From: an uncultured virus (IMG/VR IMGVR_UViG_2061766007_000025)
Taxonomy: Duplodnaviria > Heunggongvirae > Uroviricota > Caudoviricetes
Reading direction: 5' to 3' (one strand)
Length of the DNA: 38,098 nucleotides
IMG/VR virus record: IMGVR_UViG_2061766007_000025
The first letter of the stretch is position 1. The number at the start of each line of letters is the position of its first letter. Both the position numbers and the translations under genes were made by a program. The notes beneath the pieces were generated by a model that was not told the origin of the DNA, did not search any database, and saw only the letters and a list, made by a program, of their open reading frames with translations. Shown here one piece after another: positions 28,326 to 36,456 of this stretch.

Positions 28326-29747
28326 ATGGGAATGATAATTAGAAATGGAGTTGAATACTGTGGATATACAGATGTAAAAGATAACTTATCATCTAATAGC
28401 GCCACTTCTGCATTATCTGCTAAACAAGGTAAAGTATTAAATGAAAATAAAATTTCCAAAGTCGCATCCCCCACAGCCGACAACCTTGTATCTCTCACAG
28501 CAAGCGGAGATATAGCCGATAGCGGAATTGCAAAGGGGGATGTGATACAGAGCAATGAAAATTTGCTCGATAATTCACGCTTTAACGTGTGCGAAAGACT
28601 ATTAAATTATTACTTGCCACCAAACGGGACTTATTGGGAAACACCTTGGAGCAATACTCATACAAACGATACTGGTGATTATATTCCACTTAAGAAAACT
28701 GGTTCAAATATTTATGACTTAGTTATCAATGGAGTAACATATGTCACCACAGAAACTGCTACTAATCACATTATTAAAGGATTTGCTGAAGTTGGCTATA
28801 CTGTTAATAGATGGAGAACATGGCATGCTACAACCATAGTAGATATCACAAACAAAGGTATTACTATCATAAATAATGGTACAGCCACATACTTATTTAC
28901 ACAGTATCTTGAACAAAGACTTGTTGACTTACTAAGAGGACAAAAAGTAACGTTAAGCGTCGAATTACAAAATGGAACAGTTGTTAAGGAAACGGGTACA
29001 GTTCCAAATAGTGGTTCATATACATTGATAGCTGATGGTACAGATATAAAGTTACGTATGGTTATAGCTACTCTTAGCTATTGTGATTTCTATGTGGATG
29101 GCACAAAAGAAATTCACAATGCCAAACTTGAAATAGGCGGAACTTGCACAATTCTTCTTGACGCACCGAGACCATACGCAGAAGAATTAGCACGATGTCA
29201 AACATCAACAGCTGATGTAAATGATACCTACGCAAACAAAGGTAACATCGTCACATCAAACAGTATCGCGCCAACAGAAGATGGAGCAACAGCAAGTAAG
29301 GAATATGTGGTAGGCGAGCCATTCTTTAGAGGTGGTGATTATTGCGTTTGTATTAGTGCTATTGCAAATGGCGGTACGTTTACACTTAACACTAACTACA
29401 AGAAGATACCACTTGGCGAAATGGTACATGGTTGGAAAGATATTACGTCAGATGTAACATGGAATAATACAGATTTCACTTACTCAAGAAAACGTGTGCT
29501 TGACGACGGCAAAACATACTTTATAGCGGCTACACTTACAAGCGGTTATCAAGCTTCTTACAAACAATTGCTCACAGGACTTCCGAAAAAGTCAATGAGC
29601 CATTGCGCTGTATCTACAAACACAGACAAGATTGGCGGGGCGCAAGTTTATATTGATGTAAATTCAACATCCGTTAACATCAATACCACAGTCACATTAC
29701 CTACAGGCAATCACACATTCAATCTTGTAGTACCACATGCACTTTAA
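28326..29747 (+). CDS. tail fibre / receptor-binding protein (mosaic)
   Basis: DNLSSNSATSALSAKQGKVLN fibre repeat, ENLLDNSRF, PRPYAEELARCQ, TASKEYVVGE…SAIANG modules typical of Firmicute phage fibres. Confidence 0.75.
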   Translation: MGMIIRNGVEYCGYTDVKDNLSSNSATSALSAKQGKVLNENKISKVASPTADNLVSLTASGDIADSGIAKGDVIQSNENLLDNSRFNVCERLLNYYLPPNGTYWETPWSNTHTNDTGDYIPLKKTGSNIYDLVINGVTYVTTETATNHIIKGFAEVGYTVNRWRTWHATTIVDITNKGITIINNGTATYLFTQYLEQRLVDLLRGQKVTLSVELQNGTVVKETGTVPNSGSYTLIADGTDIKLRMVIATLSYCDFYVDGTKEIHNAKLEIGGTCTILLDAPRPYAEELARCQTSTADVNDTYANKGNIVTSNSIAPTEDGATASKEYVVGEPFFRGGDYCVCISAIANGGTFTLNTNYKKIPLGEMVHGWKDITSDVTWNNTDFTYSRKRVLDDGKTYFIAATLTSGYQASYKQLLTGLPKKSMSHCAVSTNTDKIGGAQVYIDVNSTSVNINTTVTLPTGNHTFNLVVPHAL

Positions 29748-29766
29748 AATTAAGGAGGAATAAATC

Positions 29767-30006
29767 ATGAAATACGCAGTATTACAGTATTCAGAAACAA
29801 AAGACAATCCAAACGGATCATTTACAACAGCAAAGGAAGGCTACGCAGACAACCTTGATGGAGCAAAGCAGGCTTTTCATGCTCATTGTAATGACCTCTA
29901 TGCAGACAAAAACCTCAAGCACGCACTTGTTAAACTCGTTGACGAAAACCTTGACATTGTTGAGCAGAAGTATGTCGAGGTTATCAATCATGAGGTAACA
30001 GAGTAA
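29767..30006 (+). CDS. small tail-fibre-associated protein (possible chaperone)
   Basis: 79 aa, AGGAGG RBS, directly after the fibre gene with similar composition. Confidence 0.6.
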   Translation: MKYAVLQYSETKDNPNGSFTTAKEGYADNLDGAKQAFHAHCNDLYADKNLKHALVKLVDENLDIVEQKYVEVINHEVTE

Positions 30007-30015
30007 TCTCATCAT

Positions 30016-30106
30016 AGGGCATCATAGCGAAACATAGGAGCATTGTATAAAAGTCAATGTGTAGCAGATAATATCTGTGCGGTTCAAATCCGTGCTGTGA
30101 TGCCCT
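30016..30106 (+). ncRNA. tRNA-like structured RNA
   Basis: Closing stem AGGGCATCATAGC/GCTGTGATGCCCT; arm CATTG/CAATG; arm GCAGAT/ATCTGT; T-arm GCGG-TTCAAAT-CCGT; no encoded CCA. Confidence 0.55.
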
Positions 30107-30112
30107 TAAAAT

Positions 30113-30400
30113 TCAGACTTCTCCGCAGTTTTTTATTACCTGCTTTGACTTATTTACGTTTGACTCTTCTGACCAATATTTCTCAACATCAGCTTTTGCC
30201 TTTTTAAGAAGCTCCGCATATTCTGCATTGAGTCTTGCGTTTTCAAGATGCATTTCTGCAGCTTCTCCGTCAGAACCTTTGGCCCATAACCGCTCGTTTG
30301 ATGCTGCGCCATCTGCGTCCTCTGCTTCTTTTTCGAACATAGAAACAAGCCAAAAGGCTGTAGTCTCGTCTGCTACGGGGATAGTGATTGTAGTTTTCAT
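30113..30400 (-). CDS. hypothetical protein
   Basis: 95-aa ORF in the higher-GC segment. Confidence 0.65.
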   Translation of the reverse strand: MKTTITIPVADETTAFWLVSMFEKEAEDADGAASNERLWAKGSDGEAAEMHLENARLNAEYAELLKKAKADVEKYWSEESNVNKSKQVIKNCGEV

Positions 30401-30540
30401 TTTTTCTCTCTTTCCGCAGGCTCCCAGTAAGGAGAGCCTGCTAATACTAATTAATAGTTACTCTCCTTTTTAGGAGAACCTTCGTAAGAAGGATTTTGTT
30501 AGAATTTAAATATAACGCCCGTTTAAAAATCAAACAAGCT

Positions 30541-31068
30541 TTATAGACGAATCTTGCTAAGTGATTCTTCAGGCTTTGCACTAATCATAACGACGTATGG
30601 GCTGTCGCAATCATCATATATAAGCATTCTTGACCCTATATGACAATTATATCTCGCTTCTTCCCAATCTTCTTTTGATTGTATAGCTCCGAGAAAGTTA
30701 TTAGCAATAACTTTCTCTTCATTTTCTAAAAACAAATCACCTGAAATTTCTCCACATTTTATCATTTCATCAATGATATTTACTTCTTCTAATATTTTAA
30801 TATGAGAAGCACATACTTTTTCATCTTTATCCGAATAATCATTTACACGATCTATATTTCCAGACAATTCTACTTTACAGAATCTGCTTATATTGCCTGG
30901 ATAATAATGTAATACATCTTTAGGGGATATACAAGCATGAAATCCTTTCACACAGACTTTTATATATTTTTCATCTTCAATGTCATATTCTCCACCAATC
31001 TTATATTGGAAATCTCTGCATGTAAGGTCTTCATTAAAACCTTTATATGCTATAATAGTATCACTCAT
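30541..31068 (-). CDS. conserved phage protein (DUF7666-like)
   Basis: IAYKGFNEDLTCRDFQY.IG…C..GFHAC..P.DVL.YY….RFC.VE pattern; start may be 31077. Confidence 0.7.
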   Translation of the reverse strand: MSDTIIAYKGFNEDLTCRDFQYKIGGEYDIEDEKYIKVCVKGFHACISPKDVLHYYPGNISRFCKVELSGNIDRVNDYSDKDEKVCASHIKILEEVNIIDEMIKCGEISGDLFLENEEKVIANNFLGAIQSKEDWEEARYNCHIGSRMLIYDDCDSPYVVMISAKPEESLSKIRL

Positions 31069-31084
31069 TCTTAGCATATCCTTT

Positions 31085-31477
31085 CTATAATAAATTTGTA
31101 ATGATTATAGTTAATGCATGATTATATGCAGCTCTTTGCCCTGCTTTATAAGGTAACCCTTGTTTAAGAAGTTCATATGAAGTATTATCACCATCTGTTG
31201 CAAGATCTCCTATCTCTGCTTTAGCATTATCTATACCATCATTAAGTCTTTTGTTTTCCTCTTCAAGTTCTTTACATTTAGCTTCAGAATCAGAAAGAGC
31301 ATGTGTCAATCTTTCTATTTCTGAATTTAATGCTTCATATGTAGATGTATCTTTACCATGCTGAACTGATTCATATAGTTCAATCCATCCTAAGTTTGAT
31401 AAATCGGCACCTTTTATGATAGACTCATATAGGTTATTTGATATCTTAATTAGTAAATTTGTCATATGTTTTAGCAC
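31085..31477 (-). CDS. hypothetical coiled-coil protein
   Basis: 130-aa ORF in a tightly packed minus-strand operon. Confidence 0.65.
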   Translation of the reverse strand: MLKHMTNLLIKISNNLYESIIKGADLSNLGWIELYESVQHGKDTSTYEALNSEIERLTHALSDSEAKCKELEEENKRLNDGIDNAKAEIGDLATDGDNTSYELLKQGLPYKAGQRAAYNHALTIIITNLL

Positions 31478-31743
31478 TCCTTCATGTTTCTATCAATGAT
31501 TTCAAGTGCATCATCTGCATTAAATTCACCTAAGTAACTTTTATTTTTTATTTCTGTCTTAATATTTTCTATTATATTCTTAAGTCTTGTATTTTCACCA
31601 AGTAATCCATCAACTAGCATTCTTTTTGAAGCTATAGATGCAGTAAGTCTTTCAATTATAGCTTCATCTCTTTCTTTAGCTGCTTTGAGTTCATTATAAT
31701 CATTCATAAATACAGCATAAAATGATTTAATCTCATCCTTCAA
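31471..31743 (-). CDS. hypothetical coiled-coil protein
   Basis: 90-aa ORF overlapping its neighbours. Confidence 0.65.
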   Translation of the reverse strand: MKDEIKSFYAVFMNDYNELKAAKERDEAIIERLTASIASKRMLVDGLLGENTRLKNIIENIKTEIKNKSYLGEFNADDALEIIDRNMKEC

Positions 31744-32118
31744 TCTATCTTATTTTCTTTTTCTGTCCAGCTTTTAAAAGTCTCAATTTTATCTACAAGT
31801 CCTTCACATTTGCCATTGAAAGTGATAGCTTTATCATCAGCATATACCATTGCAGGTGGTTTAATGTCGCATAAACGGCTTACTTTAATCTCATATTTTT
31901 CAAGCCATTCACTTATAGCTATCATACCGGCAGGACTACCGCATCGGGTTGAAACTATAACAACCTCGTATCCTTTTTCTAACAGCTCATCTATAACATC
32001 TTTGATATCTTCTACCGGCTCGTCGGGTATATTATACATACCATCCACTTTTGTAGCTATGGATAACTCCATCAAAGTCAAAAACTACTGTTTTTTGCAT
32101 ATCATTTATATCTGCCAT
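31740..32118 (-). pseudogene. HAD-superfamily phosphatase, frameshifted
   Basis: ATG 32118 after GAGGTG gives MADINDMQKTVVFDFDGVIHSYKSGW, then stop at 32032-32034. The rest (IPDEPVE…IVSTR…KPPAMVYADD) continues in another frame. Confidence 0.75.
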
Positions 32119-32144
32119 ATTATTCACACCTCGCTATATATCTC

Positions 32145-32582
32145 CTACTTCTCAAACTTAGCCTTAAGCCTTTCATATTCGCGTCGTTCAATCTCTTCAA
32201 TTTTTTTGATCTTAGCTTCTTTTTCTTGTTGCTTAGCTTTCTCTTGAGCTTCTTTCCTTCTCTTCAGCTCTTGTTCTACTACGTCCCTAAGAGAGACTTC
32301 ATCAAGGAATAACCAGTCAACAGGAATATATGATGTATGCTCATTATTTTCAAAAATCACTTTATTTTCAAAAATCACTTCCATTATGTCACAATTATAA
32401 TTATCAGCTATATTATAACATATATTAGCATAGTTTTTTGTATCCTTATTAAAGAACTTAATATTACGTATATATACGAAGCATATTTGCCACCGATCTA
32501 AGATAAAGATTATTTTCACTAATCTTTCTCTTAGCTTATCATAGCTATGTACGGTTTCCTTTATTTTTGATAAGTTATTCAT
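32145..32582 (-). CDS. hypothetical protein
   Basis: 145 aa, C-terminal ERREYERLKAKFE. Confidence 0.7.
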   Translation of the reverse strand: MNNLSKIKETVHSYDKLRERLVKIIFILDRWQICFVYIRNIKFFNKDTKNYANICYNIADNYNCDIMEVIFENKVIFENNEHTSYIPVDWLFLDEVSLRDVVEQELKRRKEAQEKAKQQEKEAKIKKIEEIERREYERLKAKFEK

Positions 32583-32823
32583 CTTTCACCTCTTTAAAAT
32601 TCTTTTTGATAATATCTACTATGTCTTGAGCCATTGTCAAATAATCTTTAAGTAGTTTTTTATTCTCTATTTCCAGTTTTTCGACACGTTCCATATCAGA
32701 AATTGCCATATATAAAGCTTCTTTTTCCTGTTCAAAAACTGTAATATTTGGCTTTATAGTGTTATTTTCACATATAATATCTTTGATATGCTCTATTGCT
32801 TCTTTTCTTGCCATGCCAGCCAT
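32575..32823 (-). CDS. hypothetical protein
   Basis: 82 aa, GAGGAG RBS. Confidence 0.65.
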   Translation of the reverse strand: MAGMARKEAIEHIKDIICENNTIKPNITVFEQEKEALYMAISDMERVEKLEIENKKLLKDYLTMAQDIVDIIKKNFKEVKDE

Positions 32824-32945
32824 TATTTATTCTCCTCATTTTCTATATTTTGAAGAATGCTCAATATTTTATTAATTTGATCGTTTACGCACTCAAAATT
32901 TGCTTTTTTATCTGTTTTTTACCATCTTCAACACCTTCATATGTC

Positions 32946-33131
32946 TCACCGTGTATAGTCATATGATTCTCCATAAAATTTATTTGACTCTGATATTTTC
33001 TTTCTATCTTTACTATCCTGCCTCATCCATTCTTCGTGTTCTTCACCTGTAACACACCCATCTGGAACAGATATTGGTCCTCTGCTATCCATTTCTTCTA
33101 CGATCTGTTTAGCAAATTTAATACTCATCAT
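32946..33131 (-). CDS. hypothetical protein
   Basis: 61 aa, start overlaps the upstream stop. Confidence 0.55.
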   Translation of the reverse strand: MMSIKFAKQIVEEMDSRGPISVPDGCVTGEEHEEWMRQDSKDRKKISESNKFYGESYDYTR

Positions 33132-33457
33132 TATTTACTCCAATCATTAAGAGTTATTTTTTGTCCTTGTTCTTTTTTATCTTTATTTATAGCTTTCTCT
33201 GCATCATCTATAACTTTAAGTATCTTAGCTTCAAGTACACTCTTAAGCTGTTTCTTATATTTCTTTTTGAGTTCTTCTTTTACTTCGTTAAATACTTCAT
33301 CACCAAACTTACTAAATTCATCAGGTGATATGATATAGATATATGAATCGTGTATTGACTCGGCTATATCAACTTTAATCTCATCTACAATATAATCTTT
33401 TAAATCTTCTATTCTTGCCTCTCCTAAAAATTTTGCTATTTCATTCATGCTTTCCAT
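33131..33457 (-). CDS. hypothetical protein
   Basis: start moved to ATG 33457 (MESMNE) after AGGAGG. Confidence 0.65.
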   Translation of the reverse strand: MESMNEIAKFLGEARIEDLKDYIVDEIKVDIAESIHDSYIYIISPDEFSKFGDEVFNEVKEELKKKYKKQLKSVLEAKILKVIDDAEKAINKDKKEQGQKITLNDWSK

Positions 33458-33676
33458 ATTAATCGTCCTCCTTATCTCATATCTCCATTTTATCAAATAT
33501 ATTTTCATCAATATTAGTTATTTTATGGATTATATTAGTATAATAAATATCTACGAAAATCATATACTTCTTAATAATCTTTCTATCAGATGACATCTTA
33601 TTCATCAAAAAAAGAGCACATCATCTTCATATGTCTCACTACTTCTTATAATCAAATCTTATGATCCTCCATAATT

Positions 33677-33952
33677 CTACTCATATACATACCACCCTTC
33701 ATGATGCTCAAGACAACATGTTAGTTCATTAACTGGTTGCCATGGTAGTTCTATATCTGGATTGATCTTAATAAAGTTATCAATAATCTCATAGATATAT
33801 TGTGTATCTTCATAACTTAATTCTTTATATGGATTATTTATCCACGATACAAAAATAACATCATCACTTCTGATAATATGATCGATCTGATTAATCTCTT
33901 CACGGAATCTTGGATAAGATGCAGATCCTGAGTATACATAATCCATTCCCAT
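33677..33952 (-). CDS. hypothetical protein
   Basis: 91 aa, MGMDYVYSGSASYPRF. Confidence 0.65.
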   Translation of the reverse strand: MGMDYVYSGSASYPRFREEINQIDHIIRSDDVIFVSWINNPYKELSYEDTQYIYEIIDNFIKINPDIELPWQPVNELTCCLEHHEGWYVYE

Positions 33953-33982
33953 TATTATCTTCCTTTATCATCTTTTATTAAT

Positions 33983-34306
33983 TTATTTTACCTCATTATC
34001 TTCTGTATAAACTAAATCAACAATAGCAATAGCATCTTCAAGTGGTATTACATCTTCACACTTGCCATCAAGTCTACCTGTATCAATATCTTGTATTGCT
34101 CCGTGTTTCATTAGATCTATTATTTTGTCGTGTTCCTTATCCTTCTTTATCTTTTTAAAGCATTTAGGACAATATGTCTGTCCATTAACGATTTTCCATC
34201 CATTTTCTTTAGCTTTTGCTTTAATCCAAGTTATACAGCCTTCTTTATAATTCTCAGCCCACGGAGAATTGTAGCATCCATCACATATTATCTCTACCCT
34301 AATCAT
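33983..34306 (-). CDS. zinc-ribbon protein
   Basis: ICDGC…GW….TYCPKC. Confidence 0.65.
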   Translation of the reverse strand: MIRVEIICDGCYNSPWAENYKEGCITWIKAKAKENGWKIVNGQTYCPKCFKKIKKDKEHDKIIDLMKHGAIQDIDTGRLDGKCEDVIPLEDAIAIVDLVYTEDNEVK

Positions 34307-34485
34307 TCCTTAGCCTCGCTATCTGATTTTATATTCTTAAGTTGTTCTCGTAAGTAATTTATATCTTCCTCAAGTTTATTTAAATATATATTATAAGTAT
34401 TTATAATTGTATCTATTCCTTCTTTACGACCTTCTTTATATCCTTCTCTATAAGACTCATCTTTTATATATTTTTCTCGGTTCAT
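34303..34485 (-). CDS. hypothetical protein
   Basis: 60 aa, YREGYKEGRKEG; ATGA-type overlaps with neighbours. Confidence 0.6.
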   Translation of the reverse strand: MNREKYIKDESYREGYKEGRKEGIDTIINTYNIYLNKLEEDINYLREQLKNIKSDSEAKE

Positions 34486-34823
34486 GCTTTCTCACTTTCT
34501 GCCTTGTACTTGTCAAGAATTGTAAGAACATATTCTAAGGCTATTTGTTTTCCTTTTTCTAAATCTTCTACACCAACAGCTATTGATAATTGTCTTGATT
34601 TATATTCCTCTATCTCAGCTCTTACATTGTTAAGTATTTCATTAGCAATGATTATTTTTTCTTCATCTGTTAGAAAATCTAAATTACCATGTCCTTTTGG
34701 AATAACAGTTCCGTTTGATACTGCATTTAAAATATGTTCAGCACCAAGCCAATCTACACCTTCATTCTTAAGTAATTGATAAGCTTCTTTGGGTATCTTT
34801 ATTACTAATTCGACTTCTTCCAT
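34482..34823 (-). CDS. hypothetical protein
   Basis: ELVIKIP…NGTVIPKGHG, a common small phage protein pattern; GGAGG RBS. Confidence 0.7.
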   Translation of the reverse strand: MEEVELVIKIPKEAYQLLKNEGVDWLGAEHILNAVSNGTVIPKGHGNLDFLTDEEKIIIANEILNNVRAEIEEYKSRQLSIAVGVEDLEKGKQIALEYVLTILDKYKAESEKA

Positions 34824-34835
34824 TATTATACCTCC

Positions 34836-35105
34836 TCATCTTTTTATCTCTGCTTCTTCCAAAGCCTTATTAATATTATATTTATTAATAATATCAATTA
34901 TATCAGATGGAAATACCGTACTTGGTGATATAGAGCAGTAATTCTTGATTTCTATTAAACAATTTATAAGCTGTTTATTTACATCTTCAAGTTTTAATCT
35001 TTCATTAATATCATGAGATTGCTCACATTTCCATGCAGCATCTTTACTATCATATTCTTTCTTACAAAAATCGCAAATATATGTTGTTTTTGTTACTTCC
35101 TGCAT
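34836..35105 (-). CDS. C2H2-like zinc-finger protein
   Basis: YICDFCKKEY…AWKCEQSH; likely start ATG 35105. Confidence 0.6.
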   Translation of the reverse strand: MQEVTKTTYICDFCKKEYDSKDAAWKCEQSHDINERLKLEDVNKQLINCLIEIKNYCSISPSTVFPSDIIDIINKYNINKALEEAEIKR

Positions 35106-35206
35106 TTTATTTATCCTCTTTTCCAGATTCATCTATATACTTCTTCATACTTTTTTTCTTTTCAATTATATTATCCATAGTTTACTCCTTAATGGTGTTT
35201 ATGTGA

Positions 35207-35374
35207 CTAAAATCCAAATAGCGTATAATTATACCATCTATAGAATTTTCTAGTTCTTTTTGTTTTTCGTCTAAATGTACAACCTCCAGTCTCTCTTTGG
35301 AGATCTTTTCGATATTGTTTTCTATATTTTTCAGCTTTTACATATACTTTATGCTTTCGATTTTGTTTTGTCAT
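35207..35374 (-). CDS. small basic protein
   Basis: MTKQNRKHKV…; N-terminus paralogous to 35349..35627. Confidence 0.5.
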   Translation of the reverse strand: MTKQNRKHKVYVKAEKYRKQYRKDLQRETGGCTFRRKTKRTRKFYRWYNYTLFGF

Positions 35375-35627
35375 ATTTATACCATCCTTCGAGCCCATAA
35401 TGTGATTTATTTTTATAATGAGCTTGTCTTCGTATTCCTCTCTTATATTTTTTACTAGAATTATATTTACTTAAAATATCTTGAACTTCCAGTATTGATA
35501 ATAAAGATATACTCCATCTAAATAAATCTTTCATACTTAACTTATCTTCTAATGAAAATCTATTAAATGTTTTTATCTTTTGCTGATCATTACATCTTAC
35601 TTTATGAATCTGATTCTGTCTTGTCAT
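35349..35627 (-). CDS. small basic protein
   Basis: MTRQNQIHKV…. Confidence 0.5.
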   Translation of the reverse strand: MTRQNQIHKVRCNDQQKIKTFNRFSLEDKLSMKDLFRWSISLLSILEVQDILSKYNSSKKYKRGIRRQAHYKNKSHYGLEGWYKYDKTKSKA

Positions 35628-35808
35628 TATATTCTTCCTTAGCTATTTTCTTTAATATTCGTCTTGTTTTTCTTTGTGTTATTCGTTTTTCATTCTTCCA
35701 ACTCTTTGGATGATTTTCTGGTCCACAACACTATTTTTTATAAGAACGATAAAGAAAAGCAATTTGCTTTATACTACGTTTTATTTCATTCTTCTTCCTT
35801 TAATTTAT

Positions 35809-36150
35809 CTATAGATTTTTCAGATTCTCTATATTAAAGGATGGCTCTAGTTTTACATCTTTAATAGTAACTTCTACTATTTTATTTTTTATTGCTTCCT
35901 TTACAATATAATCAAAGTTATTACTATTTAAATATACTCTTGTAATAAAATCTTTGACAAGCATCTCTATATAATTTTCAGAGCAATATGCTTCTTTATC
36001 TAATTTATCTATAGTCTGTTGCACAGCTCTTGCTACTTTATTCTTAACTTCATCTTCTACCATTTGTTTTAAAGTAGCTTGATTTAATCCAGCATCTGCT
36101 AATAACTGGCTTATCACTTTGCGAAATTCTAATTTCTCCTCGTATGTCAT
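35809..36150 (-). CDS. hypothetical protein
   Basis: 113 aa, AAGGAG RBS. Confidence 0.7.
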   Translation of the reverse strand: MTYEEKLEFRKVISQLLADAGLNQATLKQMVEDEVKNKVARAVQQTIDKLDKEAYCSENYIEMLVKDFITRVYLNSNNFDYIVKEAIKNKIVEVTIKDVKLEPSFNIENLKNL

Positions 36151-36370
36151 AATATTATATCTCCTTTTCTTTTATATTATAATTAATATTAGATTCTATT
36201 ATTTTTCCATTTTGAAGATTTGTAAAAACATTTACTAAATCTACACCATCTACATCTACAAGACTATGCGATTTTCTTATTTTTTTTCAAATAAATCTCA
36301 TTTCATTATTATAATATATAATCAAAAATAAAATTCTAATATCACAAATTACAAGTATTTGTCTATATTC

Positions 36371-36382
36371 AACATACTTATA
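36371..36382 (+). promoter_or_regulatory. AR9-type late promoter AACA-N6-TA
   Basis: AACA TACTTA TA upstream of the Kelch fibre gene. Confidence 0.65.
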
Positions 36383-36456
36383 ATATGATTTTTAGTGTAT
36401 TTCTTTTAACTAAAATCAAATATATTATATTATTTCTTTGAAAGGAGAATAATCAT

